Below the pieces are notes generated by a model, which was not told the DNA's origin, did no database searches, and saw only the letters and a list, made by a program, of their open reading frames with translations. DNA of 64,000 nt, taken from contig OZ024743.1 in NCBI GenBank assembly GCA_964016885.1, positions 132,246,001-132,310,000 of the forward strand, written 5' to 3'. The position numbers and the translations under genes were made by a program. The stretch is from Eledone cirrhosa. Taxonomy: Eukaryota. Each line of letters begins with the position of its first letter. The first letter of the stretch is position 1. This document shows, one piece after another, positions 48,101 through 60,006 of this stretch.

Positions 48101-51100
48101 GTGCTTGGTGCTTGGTGTTTGATGCTTGTTGCTTGGTGTTTGGGGCTTGGTGCTTGGTGTTTGGTGCTTGGTGTTTGGTACTTCGTGCTTGGTGCTTGGT
48201 CCTTGGTTTTAGGTGTTTGGTGCTTGGTGCTTGGTGTTTGATGTTTGGTCCTTGGTGCTTGGTGTTTGGTGTTTAGTGCTTGGTGCTTGGTGTTTGGTGT
48301 TTGGTGCTTGCTGCTTGGTGCTGGGTGTTTGGTGCTTGGTGCTTGGTGTTTGGTGCTTGGTGCCTGGTGCTTGGTGTTTGGTGCTTGGTGCTTGGTGTTT
48401 GATGATTGGTGCTTGGTGTTTGGTGCTTGGTGCTTGGTGTTTGGTGCTTGGTGCTTGTTGCTTGGTGTTTGGTGCTTGGTGCTTGGTGTTTGGTGCTTGG
48501 TGTTTGGTACTTGGTGCTTGGTGCTTGGTCCTTGGTGTTAGGTGTTTGGTGCTTGGTGCTTGGTGTTTGATGTTTGGTCCTTGGTGCTTGGTGTTTGGTG
48601 TTTGGTGCTTGGTGCTTGGTGTTTCGTGGTTGGTCCTTGCTGCCTGGTGCTTGGTGTTTTGTGTTTGGAGTTTGGTGTTTGGTGCTTCGGTCTTGGTGCT
48701 TGGTGTTTGGTGCTTGGTGCTTGGTGTTTGGTGCTTGGTGCCTGGTGCTTGGTTTTTGGTGCTTGGGGCTTGGTGTTTGGTGATTGGTGCTTGGTGTTTG
48801 GTGCTTGGTGCTTGGTGCTTGGTGTTAAGTGTTTAGTGCTTGGTGCTTGGTGTTTGATGTTTGGTGCTTGGTGCTTGGTGTTTGGTGTTTGGTGCTTGCT
48901 GCTTGGTGTTTGGTGTTTGGTGCTTGCTGCTTGCTGCTTGGTGTTTGGTGCTTGGTGATTGGTGCGTGGTGTTTTGTGCTTGGTGCTTGGTGTTTGGTGT
49001 TTGGTGCTAGGGGCTTGGTGCTTGGTACCTGGTGTTTGGTGCTTGGTGCTTGCTGTTTGGTGTTTGGTGCTTGGTGCGTGGGACTTCGTGTTTTGTATTT
49101 GGTGCTTGGTGTTTGGTGCTTGGTGTTTGGGGCTTGGTGTTCGGTGCTTGGTGCTTGGTGCTTCGTGCTCGGTGTTTGGTGTTTGGTGCTTGGTGCTTGG
49201 TGCCTGTGTTTCGTGCTTGGTGCTTGGTGCTTGGTGTTTGGTGTTTGGTGCTTGGTGGTTGGTGTTTGGTACTTGGTGCTTGGTGCTTGGTGCTTGGTGT
49301 TTGATGCTGCGTGCCTGGTGTTTGGTGTTTGGTGCTTGGTGCTTGGTGTTTGGTGTTTCGTGCTTGGTGCCTGGTGCTTGTTGTTTGGTGTTTGCTGCTT
49401 GGTGCTTGGTGTTTGGTGTTTGGTGCTTGGTGCTTGGTATCTGGTGTTTGGTGCTTGGTGTTTGGTGCTTGGTGCTTGGTGCTTGGTGTTTGGTGTTTGG
49501 TGCTTCGTGCTTGGTGTTTGGTGCTTGGTGTTTGGTGTTTGGTGTTTGCTGCTTGGTGCTTGGTGCTTGGTGTTTTGTGTTTGGTGCTGGGTGCTTGGTG
49601 CCTGGTGCTTGGTGCTTGGTGCTTGTTGTTTGGTGCTTGGTGCTTGGTGATTAGTGTTTGGTGCTTGGTGCTTGCGGTTTGGTGTTTTGTGCTTGGGGTT
49701 TGGTGTTTGGTGCTTGGTGCTTGGTGTTTGGTGCTTGGTGCTTGGTGCTTGGTGCTTGGTGTTAGGTGTTTGCTGCTTGGTGCTTGGTGTTTGATGTTTG
49801 GTGTTTGGTGCTTGGTGTTTGGTGTTTGGTGCTTGCTGCTTGCTGCTTGTTGTTTCGTTCTTTGTGATTGGTGCTTGGTGCTTGGTGTTTGGTGCTTGGT
49901 GCTTGGTGTTTGGTGTTTGGTGCTTGGTGCTTGGGGCTTGGTGTTTGGTGCTTGGTGCTTGGTGCTTGGTGTTTGGTGTTTGGTGCTTGGTGTTTGGTGC
50001 TTGGTGCTTGGTGCTGGGTGGTTGGAGTTTGGTGCTTGGTGCTTGGTGTTTGGTGCTTGGTGCTTAGTGCTTGTTGTTTGGTGCTTGGTGCTTGGGGCTT
50101 GGTCTTTGGTTCTTGGTGTTTGGTGTTTGGTGCTTGGTGCTTGGTATTTGGTGCTTGGTGCTTGGTGCTTGGTGCTGGGTGGTTGGTGTTTGGTGCTTGG
50201 TGCTTGGTGTTTGGTGCTTGGTGCTTGGTGCTTGGTGCTGGGTGGTTGGTGCTTGGTGCTTGGTCTTTGGTTCTTGGTGTTTGGTGTTTGGTGCTTGGTG
50301 CTTGGTGTTTGGTGCTTGGTGCTTGGTGCTTGGTGCTTGGTGCTTGGTGATTAGTGTTTGTTGTTTGGTGCTTGGGGTTTGGTGGTTGGTGCTTGGTGCT
50401 TGGTGTTTGGTGTTTGGTGTTTGGTGTTTGGTGTTTGCTGTTTGGTGTCTGCTTTTTGGTGTTTGGTGTTTGCTGTATGGTCTTTGCTGTTTCGTATTTG
50501 GTTTTTGCTGTTTGGTGTTTGGTGTTTGCTGTTTGGTGTTTGGTGTTTGGTGTTTGGTGCTTGGTGCTTGGTGATTGGTGTTTGGTGCTTGGTGCTTGGT
50601 TTTTGGTGTTTGGTGCTTGGTACCTGGTGCTTGTTGTTTGGTGTTTGGTGCTTGGTGCTTGGTGCTTGGTGTTTGGTGCTTGGTCTCTGGTGTTTGGTGC
50701 TTGGTGTTTGGTGTTTGGTGCTTGGTGCTTGGTGCTTGGTGTTTGGTGTTTGGTGGTTGGTGCTTGGTGTTTGGTGTTTGGTGCTGAGTGCTTGGAGTTT
50801 GGTGCTTGGTGCTTTGTGCTTAGTGCTTGGTGTTTGGTGTTTGATGCTTGGTGTGTGCTGCTTGGTGCTTGGTGCTTGGTTTTTTGTGTTTGGTCCTTGG
50901 TTCTTGGTGCCTGGTTCTTGGTGCCTGGTTCTTGGTGCTGGGTGCTTTGTGTTTGGGGCTTGGTGCTTGGTGCTTGGTGCTTGGTGTTTGGTGTTTGGTG
51001 CTTGGTGCTTGGTGTTTGGTGTTTAATGCTTTGTGTTTGATGCTTGTTGTTTGGTGCTTGTTGTTTTGTGTTTGGTGTTTGGTGCTTGGTGTATGTACTT

Positions 51101-53252
51101 GGTGCTTGGTGCTTGGTGTTTGGTGTTGGTTCTTGGTGTTTGGTGATTGGTGCTTGGTGCTTGGTGTTTGGTTCTTGGTGTTTGGTGATTGGTGCTTGGT
51201 GCTTGGTGCTTGGTGCTTGGTGCTTGGTGTTAAGTGTTTGGTGCTTGGTGCTTGGTGTTTGGTGCTTCGTGCTTGGTGTTTGGTGCATGGTGCTTGGTGT
51301 TTGGTGCTTTGTGCCTGGTGCATGGTGTTTGGTGCTTGGTGCTTGGTGCTTGGTGTTTGGTGCTTGGTGTTTGGTGCTTGGTGCTTGGTGTTTGGTGCTT
51401 GGTGTTTGGTGCTTGGTGTTCGGTGCTTGGTCCTTGGTGCTTGGTGCTTGGTGGTAGGTGTTTGGTGCTTGGTGCTTGGTGTTTGATGTTTGGTCCTTGG
51501 TGCTTGGTGTTTGGTGCTTGGTGCTTGGTGTTTGGTGTTTGGTGCTTGCTGCTTGCTGCTTGGTGTTTGGTGCTTGGTGATTGGTGCTTGGTGTTTGGTG
51601 CTTGGTGCTTGGTGTTTGGTGTTTGGTGCTAGGTGCTTGGTGCTTGGTGCTTGGTGTTTGGTGCTTGGGGTTTGGTGTTTGGTGCTTGGTGCTTGGTGTT
51701 TGGTGCTTGGTGCTTGGTGCTTGGTGTTTGGTGCTTGTTGCTTGGTGTTTGGGGCTTGGTGCTTGGTGTTTGGTGCTTGGTGTTTGGTACTTCGTGCTTG
51801 GTGCTTGGTCCTTGGTTTTAGGTGTTTGGTGCTTGGTGCTTGGTGTTTGATGTTTGGTCCTTGGTGCTTGGTGTTTGGTGTTTAGTGCTTGGTGCTTGGT
51901 GTTTGGTGCTGGGTGTTCGGTGCTTGGTGCTTGGTGCTTCGTGCTTGGTGTTTGGTGTTTGGTGCTTGGTGCTTGGTGTTTGATGTTGGGTCCTTGGTGC
52001 TTGGTGTTTGGTGTTTGGTCCTTGGTGCTTGGTGTTTGGTGTTTGGTGCTTAGTGTTTGGTGTTTGGTGCTAGGTGCTTGGTGCTTGGTGCTTGGTGTTT
52101 GGTGCTTGGGGTTTGGTGTTTGGTGCTTGGTGCTTGGTGTTTGGTGCTTGGTGCTTGGTGCTTGGTGTTTGATGCTTGTTGCTTGGTGTTTGGGGCTTGG
52201 TGCTTGGTGTTTGGTGCTTGGTGTTTGGTACTTCGTGCTTGGTGCTTGGTCCTTGGTTTTAGGTGTTTGGTGCTTGGTGCTTGGTGTTTGATGTTTGGTC
52301 CTTGGTGCTTGGTGTTTGGTGTTTAGTGCTTGGTGCTTGGTGTTTGGTGTTTGGTGCTTGCTGCTTGGTGCTGGGTGTTTGGTGCTTGGTGCTTGGTGTT
52401 TGGTGCTTGGTGCCTGGTGCTTGGTGTTTGGTGCTTGGTGCTTGGTGTTTGATGATTGGTGCTTGGTGTTTGGTGCTTGGTGCTTGGTGTTTGGTGCTTG
52501 GTGCTTGTTGCTTGGTGTTTGGTGCTTGGTGCTTGGTGTTTGGTGCTTGGTGTTTGGTACTTGGTGCTTGGTGCTTGGTCCTTGGTGTTAGGTGTTTGGT
52601 GCTTGGTGCTTGGTGTTTGATGTTTGGTCCTTGGTGCTTGGTGTTTGGTGTTTGGTGCTTGGTGCTTGGTGTTTCGTGGTTGGTCCTTGCTGCCTGGTGC
52701 TTGGTGTTTTGTGTTTGGAGTTTGGTGTTTGGTGCTTCGGTCTTGGTGCTTGGTGTTTGGTGCTTGGTGCTTGGTGTTTGGTGCTTGGTGCCTGGTGCTT
52801 GGTTTTTGGTGCTTGGGGCTTGGTGTTTGGTGATTGGTGCTTGGTGTTTGGTGCTTGGTGCTTGGTGCTTGGTGTTAAGTGTTTAGTGCTTGGTGCTTGG
52901 TGTTTGATGTTTGGTGCTTGGTGCTTGGTGTTTGGTGTTTGGTGCTTGCTGCTTGGTGTTTGGTGTTTGGTGCTTGCTGCTTGCTGCTTGGTGTTTGGTG
53001 CTTGGTGATTGGTGCGTGGTGTTTTGTGCTTGGTGCTTGGTGTTTGGTGTTTGGTGCTAGGGGCTTGGTGCTTGGTACCTGGTGTTTGGTGCTTGGTGCT
53101 TGCTGTTTGGTGTTTGGTGCTTGGTGCGTGGGACTTCGTGTTTTGTATTTGGTGCTTGGTGTTTGGTGCTTGGTGTTTGGGGCTTGGTGTTCGGTGCTTG
53201 GTGCTTGGTGCTTCGTGCTCGGTGTTTGGTGTTTGGTGCTTGGTGCTTGGTG
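45121..53252 (+). repeat. Almost perfect tandem duplication, period 4050 bp (579 monomers)
   Basis: ORFs 45261/49311, 45712/49762 and 48829/52879. The only difference I saw is 47701 A vs 51751 G. Junction at ~49171-49202. Confidence 0.95.
47562..48299 (+). repeat. Local duplication, offset 441 bp (63 monomers); recurs at ~51.6-52.3 kb and ~55.8-56.6 kb
   Basis: TAGGTGC at 47580 and 48021; the block TTGGTAC TTCGTGC TTGGTGC TTGGTCC TTGGTTT TAGGTGT is repeated; ORFs 47804/48245. Confidence 0.85.
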
Positions 53253-56200
53253 TTTGATGTTGGGTCCTTGGTGCTTGGTGTTTGGTGTTTGGTGCTTGGT
53301 GTTTGGTGTTTGGTGCTTGCTGCTTGCTGCTTGTTGTTTCGTTCTTTGTGATTGGTGCTTGGTGCTTGGTGTTTGGTGCTTGGTGCTTGGTGTTTGGTGT
53401 TTGGTGCTTGGTGCTTGGGGCTTGGTGTTTGGTGCTTGGTGCTTGGTGCTTGGTGTTTGGTGTTTGGTGTTTGGTGCTTGGTTTTTGTTGCTTGGTGCTT
53501 GGTGCTGGGTGGTTGGTGTTTGGTGCTTGGTGCTTGGTGTTTGGTGCTTGGTGCTTGATGCTTGGTGTTTGGTGCTTGGTGCTTGGTGCTTGTTGTTTGG
53601 TGCTTGGTGCTTGGTGCTTGGTCTTTGGTTCCTGGTGTTTGGTGTTTGGTGCTTGGTGCTTGGTGTTTGGTGCTAGGTGCTTGGTGCTTGGTGTTTGGTG
53701 CCTGGTGCTTGGTGATTAGTGTTTGTTGCTTGGTGCTAGGGGTTTGGTGGTTGGTGCTTGGTGCTTGGTGTTTGGTGTTTGGTGTTTGGTGTTTGGTGTT
53801 TGCTGTTTGGTGTCTGCTTTTTGGTGTTTGGTGTTTGCTGTATGGTCTTTGCTGTTTCGTATTTGGTTTTTGCTGTTTGGTGTTTGGTGTTTGCTGTTTG
53901 GTGTTTGGTGTTTGGTGTTTCGTGCTTGGTGCTTGGTGCTTGGTGTTTGGCGTTTGGTGCTTGCTGCTTGGTGTTTGGTGTTTGGTGCTAGGTGCTTGGT
54001 GCTTGGTGCTTGGTGTTTGGTGCTTGGTGCTTGGTGTTTGGTGTTTGGTGCTTGGTGCTTGGGGCATGGTGTTTGGTGCTTGGTGCTTCGTGCTTGGTGC
54101 TTGGTGTTTGGTGCTTGGTGCTTGGTGTTTGGTGTTTGGTGTTTGGTGCTTGGTGCTTGGTCCTTGGTGTTAAGTGTTTGGTGCTTGGTGCTTGGTGCTT
54201 GGTGTTTGGTGCTTCGTGCTTGGTGCTTGGTGTTTGGTGCATGGTGCTTGGTGTTTGGTGCTTGGTGCCTGGTGCTTGGTGTTTGGTGCTTGGTGCTTGG
54301 TGCTTGGTGTTTGGTGTTTGGTGTTTGCTGTTTGGTGTTTGCTGTTTGGTGTTTGGTGTTTGGTGCTTGCTGTTTGGTGCTTGGTGCTTGGTGTTTGGTG
54401 TTTGGTGTTTGGTGCTTGGTGCTTGGTATTTGGTGCTTGGTGCTTGGTACTGGGTGTTTGGTGCTTGGTGCTTGGTGTTTGGTGCTTGGTGCTTGGTGCT
54501 TGGTGTTTGGTCCTTGGTGCTTGGTGCTTGGTCTTTGATGCTTGGGGTTTGGTGTTTGGTGCTTGGTGCTTGGTGTTTGCTGTTTGGTGTTTGGTGTTTG
54601 GTGCTTGCTGTTTGGTGCTTGGTGCTTGGTGTTTGGTGCTTGGTGTTTGGTCCTTGGTGATTAGTGTTTGGTGATTGGTGCTTGGGGTTTGGTGTTTGGT
54701 GCTTGGTGCTTGGTGTTTGGTGCTTGGTGCTTGGTGCTTGGTGTTTGGTGCTTGTTGCTTGGTGTTAGGTGTTTGGTGCTTGGTGCTTGGTGTTTGATGT
54801 TTGGCCCTTGGGGCTTGGTGCTTGGTGTTTGGTGTTTGGTGCTTGCTGCTTGGTGCTTGGTGTTTTGTGTTTGGAGTTTGGTGCTTGGTGTTTGGTGCTT
54901 CGGTCTTGGTGCTTGGTGTTTGGTGCTTGGTGCTTGGTGTTTGGTGCTTGGTGCCTGGTGCTTGGTGTTTGGTGCTTGGTGTTTGGTGTTTGGTGATTGG
55001 TGCTTGGTGTTTGGTGCTTGGTGCTTGGTGCTTGGTGTTAAGTGTTTAGTGCTTGGTGCTTGGTGTTTGATGTTTGGTGCTTGGTGCTTGGTGTTTGGTG
55101 TTTGGTGCTTGCTGCTTGGTGTTTGGTGTTTGGTGCTTGCTGCTTGCTGCTTGGTGTTTGGGGCTTGGTGATTGGTGCTTGGTGTTTTGTGCTTGGTGCT
55201 TGGTGTTTGGTGTTTGGTGCTAGGGGCTTGGTGCTTGGTGCTTCGTGTTTGGTGCTTGGTGCTTGCTGTTTGGTGTTTGGTGCTTGGTGCGTGGGACTTT
55301 GTGTTTGGTGTTTGGTGCTTGGTGTTTGGTGCTTGGTGCTTGGTGTTTGGTATTTGGTGCTTGCTGCTTGCTGCTTGTTGTTTCGTTCTTTGTGCTTGGT
55401 GCTTGGTGCTTGGTGTTTGGTGCTTGGTGCTTGGTGTTTGGTGTTTGGTGCTTGGTGCTTGGGGCTTGGTGTTTGGTGCTTGGTGCTTGGTGCTTGGTGT
55501 TTGGTGTTTGGTGTTTGGTGCTTGGTGTTTGGTGCTTGATGCTTGGTGCTGGGTGGTTGGTGTTTGGTGCTTGGTGCTTGGTGTTTGGTGCTTGGTGCTT
55601 AGTGCTTGTTGTTTGGTGCTTGGTGCTTGGTGCTTGGTCTTTGGTTCTTGGTGTTTGGTGTTTGGTGCTTGGTGCTTGGTGTTTGGTGCTTGGTGCTTGG
55701 TGCTGGGTGGTTGGTGTTTGGTTCTTGGTGCTTGGTGTTTGGTGCTTGGTGCTTGGTGTTTGGTGTTTGGTGCTTGCTGCTTGCTGCTTGGTGTTTGGTG
55801 CTTGGTGATTGGTGCTTGGTGTTTGGTGCTTGGTGCTTGGTGTTTGGTGTTTGGTGCTAGGTGCTTGGTGCTTGGTGCTTGGTGTTTGGTGCTTGGGGTT
55901 TGGTGTTTGGTGCTTGGTGCTTGGTGTTTGGTGCTTGGTGCTTGGTGCTTGGTGTTTGGTGCTTGTTGCTTGGTGTTTGGGGCTTGGTGCTTGGTGTTTG
56001 GTGCTTGGTGTTTGGTACTTCGTGCTTGGTGCTTGGTCCTTGGTTTTAGGTGTTTGGTGCTTGGTGCTTGGTGTTTGATGTTTGGTCCTTGGTGCTTGGT
56101 GTTTGGTGTTTAGTGCTTGGTGCTTGGTGTTTGGTGCTGGGTGTTCGGTGCTTGGTGCTTGGTGCTTCGTGCTTGGTGTTTGGTGTTTGGTGCTTGGTGC

Positions 56201-59200
56201 TTGGTGTTTGATGTTGGGTCCTTGGTGCTTGGTGTTTGGTGTTTGGTCCTTGGTGCTTGGTGTTTGGTGTTTGGTGCTTAGTGTTTGGTGTTTGGTGCTA
56301 GGTGCTTGGTGCTTGGTGCTTGGTGTTTGGTGCTTGGGGTTTGGTGTTTGGTGCTTGGTGCTTGGTGTTTGGTGCTTGGTGCTTGGTGCTTGGTGTTTGA
56401 TGCTTGTTGCTTGGTGTTTGGGGCTTGGTGCTTGGTGTTTGGTGCTTGGTGTTTGGTACTTCGTGCTTGGTGCTTGGTCCTTGGTTTTAGGTGTTTGGTG
56501 CTTGGTGCTTGGTGTTTGATGTTTGGTCCTTGGTGCTTGGTGTTTGGTGTTTAGTGCTTGGTGCTTGGTGTTTGGTGTTTGGTGCTTGCTGCTTGGTGCT
56601 GGGTGTTTTGTGTTTGGAGTTTGGTGCTTGGTGTTTGGTGCTTCTGTCTTGGTGCTTGGTGTTTGGTGCTTGGTGCTTGGTGTTTGGTGCTTGGTGCCTG
56701 GTGCTTGGTGTTTGGTGCTTGGTGCTTGGTGTTTGATGATTGGTGCTTGGTGTTTGGTGCTTGGTGCTTGGTGTTTGGTGCTTGGTGCTTGTTGCTTGGT
56801 GTTTGGTGCTTGGTGCTTGGTGTTTGGTGCTTGGTGTTTGGTACTTGGTGCTTGGTGCTTGGTCCTTGGTGTTAGGTGTTTGGTGCTTGGTGCTTGGTGT
56901 TTGATGTTTGGTCCTTGGTGCTTGGTGTTTGGTGTTTGGTGCTTGGTGCTTGGTGTTTCGTGGTTGGTCCTTGCTGCCTGGTGCTTGGTGTTTTGTGTTT
57001 GGAGTTTGGTGTTTGGTGCTTCGGTCTTGGTGCTTGGTGTTTGGTGCTTGGTGCTTGGTGTTTGGTGCTTGGTGCCTGGTGCTTGGTTTTTGGTGCTTGG
57101 GGCTTGGTGTTTGGTGATTGGTGCTTGGTGTTTGGTGCTTGGTGCTTGGTGCTTGGTGTTAAGTGTTTAGTGCTTGGTGCTTGGTGTTTGATGTTTGGTG
57201 CTTGGTGCTTGGTGTTTGGTGTTTGGTGCTTGCTGCTTGGTGTTTGGTGTTTGGTGCTTGCTGCTTGCTGCTTGGTGTTTGGTGCTTGGTGATTGGTGCT
57301 TGGTGTTTTGTGCTTGGTGCTTGGTGTTTGGTGTTTGGTGCTAGGGGCTTGGTGCTTGGTACCTGGTGTTTGGTGCTTGGTGCTTGCTGTTTGGTGTTTG
57401 GTGCTTGGTGCGTGGGACTTCGTGTTTTGTATTTGGTGCTTGGTGTTTGGTGCTTGGTGTTTGGGGCTTGGTGTTCGGTGCTTGGTGCTTGGTGCTTCGT
57501 GCTCGGTGTTTGGTGTTTGGTGCTTGGTGCTTGGTGTTTGATGTTGGGTCCTTGGTGCTTGGTGTTTGGTGTTTGGTGCTTGGTGTTTGGTGTTTGGTGC
57601 TTGCTGCTTGCTGCTTGTTGTTTCGTTCTTTGTGATTGGTGCTTGGTGCTTGGTGTTTGGTGCTTGGTGCTTGGTGTTTGGTGTTTGGTGCTTGGTGCTT
57701 GGGGCTTGGTGTTTGGTGCTTGGTGCTTGGTGCTTGGTGTTTGGTGTTTGGTGTTTGGTGCTTGGTTTTTGTTGCTTGGTGCTTGGTGCTGGGTGGTTGG
57801 TGTTTGGTGCTTGGTGCTTGGTGTTTGGTGCTTGGTGCTTGATGCTTGGTGTTTGGTGCTTGGTGCTTGGTGCTTGTTGTTTGGTGCTTGGTGCTTGGTG
57901 CTTGGTCTTTGGTTCCTGGTGTTTGGTGTTTGGTGCTTGGTGCTTGGTGTTTGGTGCTAGGTGCTTGGTGCTTGGTGTTTGGTGCCTGGTGCTTGGTGAT
58001 TAGTGTTTGTTGCTTGGTGCTAGGGGTTTGGTGGTTGGTGCTTGGTGCTTGGTGTTTGGTGTTTGGTGTTTGGTGTTTGGTGTTTGCTGTTTGGTGTCTG
58101 CTTTTTGGTGTTTGGTGTTTGCTGTATGGTCTTTGCTGTTTCGTATTTGGTTTTTGCTGTTTGGTGTTTGGTGTTTGCTGTTTGGTGTTTGGTGTTTGGT
58201 GTTTGGTGCTTGGTGCTTGGTGCTTGGTGTTTGGCGTTTGGTGCTTGCTGCTTGGTGTTTGGTGTTTGGTGCTAGGTGCTTGGTGCTTGGTGCTTGGTGT
58301 TTGGTGCTTGGTGCTTGGTGTTTGGTGTTTGGTGCTTGGTGCTTGGGGCATGGTGTTTGGTGCTTGGTGCTTCGTGCTTGGTGCTTGGTGTTTGGTGCTT
58401 GGTGCTTGGTGTTTGGTGTTTGGTGTTTGGTGCTTGGTGCTTGGTCCTTGGTGTTAAGTGTTTGGTGCTTGGTGCTTGGTGCTTGGTGTTTGGTGCTTCG
58501 TGCTTGGTGCTTGGTGTTTGGTGCATGGTGCTTGGTGTTTGGTGCTTGGTGCCTGGTGCTTGGTGTTTGGTGCTTGGTGCTTGGTGCTTGGTGTTTGGTG
58601 TTTGGTGTTTGCTGTTTGGTGTTTGCTGTTTGGTGTTTGGTGTTTGGTGCTTGCTGTTTGGTGCTTGGTGCTTGGTGTTTGGTGTTTGGTGTTTGGTGCT
58701 TGGTGCTTGGTATTTGGTGCTTGGTGCTTGGTACTGGGTGTTTGGTGCTTGGTGCTTGGTGTTTGGTGCTTGGTGCTTGGTGCTTGGTGTTTGGTCCTTG
58801 GTGCTTGGTGCTTGGTCTTTGATGCTTGGGGTTTGGTGTTTGGTGCTTGGTGCTTGGTGTTTGCTGTTTGGTGTTTGGTATTTGGTGCTTGCTGTTTGGT
58901 GCTTGGTGCTTGGTGTTTGGTGCTTGGTGTTTGGTCCTTGGTGATTAGTGTTTGGTGATTGGTGCTTGGGGTTTGGTGTTTGGTGCTTGGTGCTTGGTGT
59001 TTGGTGCTTGGTGCTTGGTGCTTGGTGTTTGGTGCTTGTTGCTTGGTGTTAGGTGTTTGGTGCTTGGTGCTTGGTGTTTGATGTTTGGCCCTTGGGGCTT
59101 GGTGCTTGGTGTTTGGTGTTTGGTGCTTGCTGCTTGGTGCTTGGTGTTTTGTGTTTGGAGTTTGGTGCTTGGTGTTTGGTGCTTCGGTCTTGGTGCTTGG

Positions 59201-60006
59201 TGTTTGGTGCTTGGTGCTTGGTGTTTGGTGCTTGGTGCCTGGTGCTTGGTGTTTGGTGCTTGGTGTTTGGTGTTTGGTGATTGGTGCTTGGTGTTTGGTG
59301 CTTGGTGCTTGGTGCTTGGTGTTAAGTGTTTAGTGCTTGGTGCTTGGTGTTTGATGTTTGGTGCTTGGTGCTTGGTGTTTGGTGTTTGGTGCTTGCTGCT
59401 TGGTGTTTGGTGTTTGGTGCTTGCTGCTTGCTGCTTGGTGTTTGGGGCTTGGTGATTGGTGCTTGGTGTTTTGTGCTTGGTGCTTGGTGTTTGGTGTTTG
59501 GTGCTAGGGGCTTGGTGCTTGGTGCTTCGTGTTTGGTGCTTGGTGCTTGCTGTTTGGTGTTTGGTGCTTGGTGCGTGGGACTTTGTGTTTGGTGTTTGGT
59601 GCTTGGTGTTTGGTGCTTGGTGCTTGGTGTTTGGTATTTGGTGCTTGCTGCTTGCTGCTTGTTGTTTCGTTCTTTGTGCTTGGTGCTTGGTGCTTGGTGT
59701 TTGGTGCTTGGTGCTTGGTGTTTGGTGTTTGGTGCTTGGTGCTTGGGGCTTGGTGTTTGGTGCTTGGTGCTTGGTGCTTGGTGTTTGGTGTTTGGTGTTT
59801 GGTGCTTGGTGTTTGGTGCTTGATGCTTGGTGCTGGGTGGTTGGTGTTTGGTGCTTGGTGCTTGGTGTTTGGTGCTTGGTGCTTAGTGCTTGTTGTTTGG
59901 TGCTTGGTGCTTGGTGCTTGGTCTTTGGTTCTTGGTGTTTGGTGTTTGGTGCTTGGTGCTTGGTGTTTGGTGCTTGGTGCTTGGTGCTGGGTGGTTGGTG
60001 TTTGGT
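51496..60006 (+). repeat. Tandem duplication, offset 4228 then 4284 bp (604 then 612 monomers); right copy has 56 extra bp at 56607-56662
   Basis: ORFs 51581/55809 (4228); 52879/57163, 54668/58952 and 55606/59890 (4284). Confidence 0.93.
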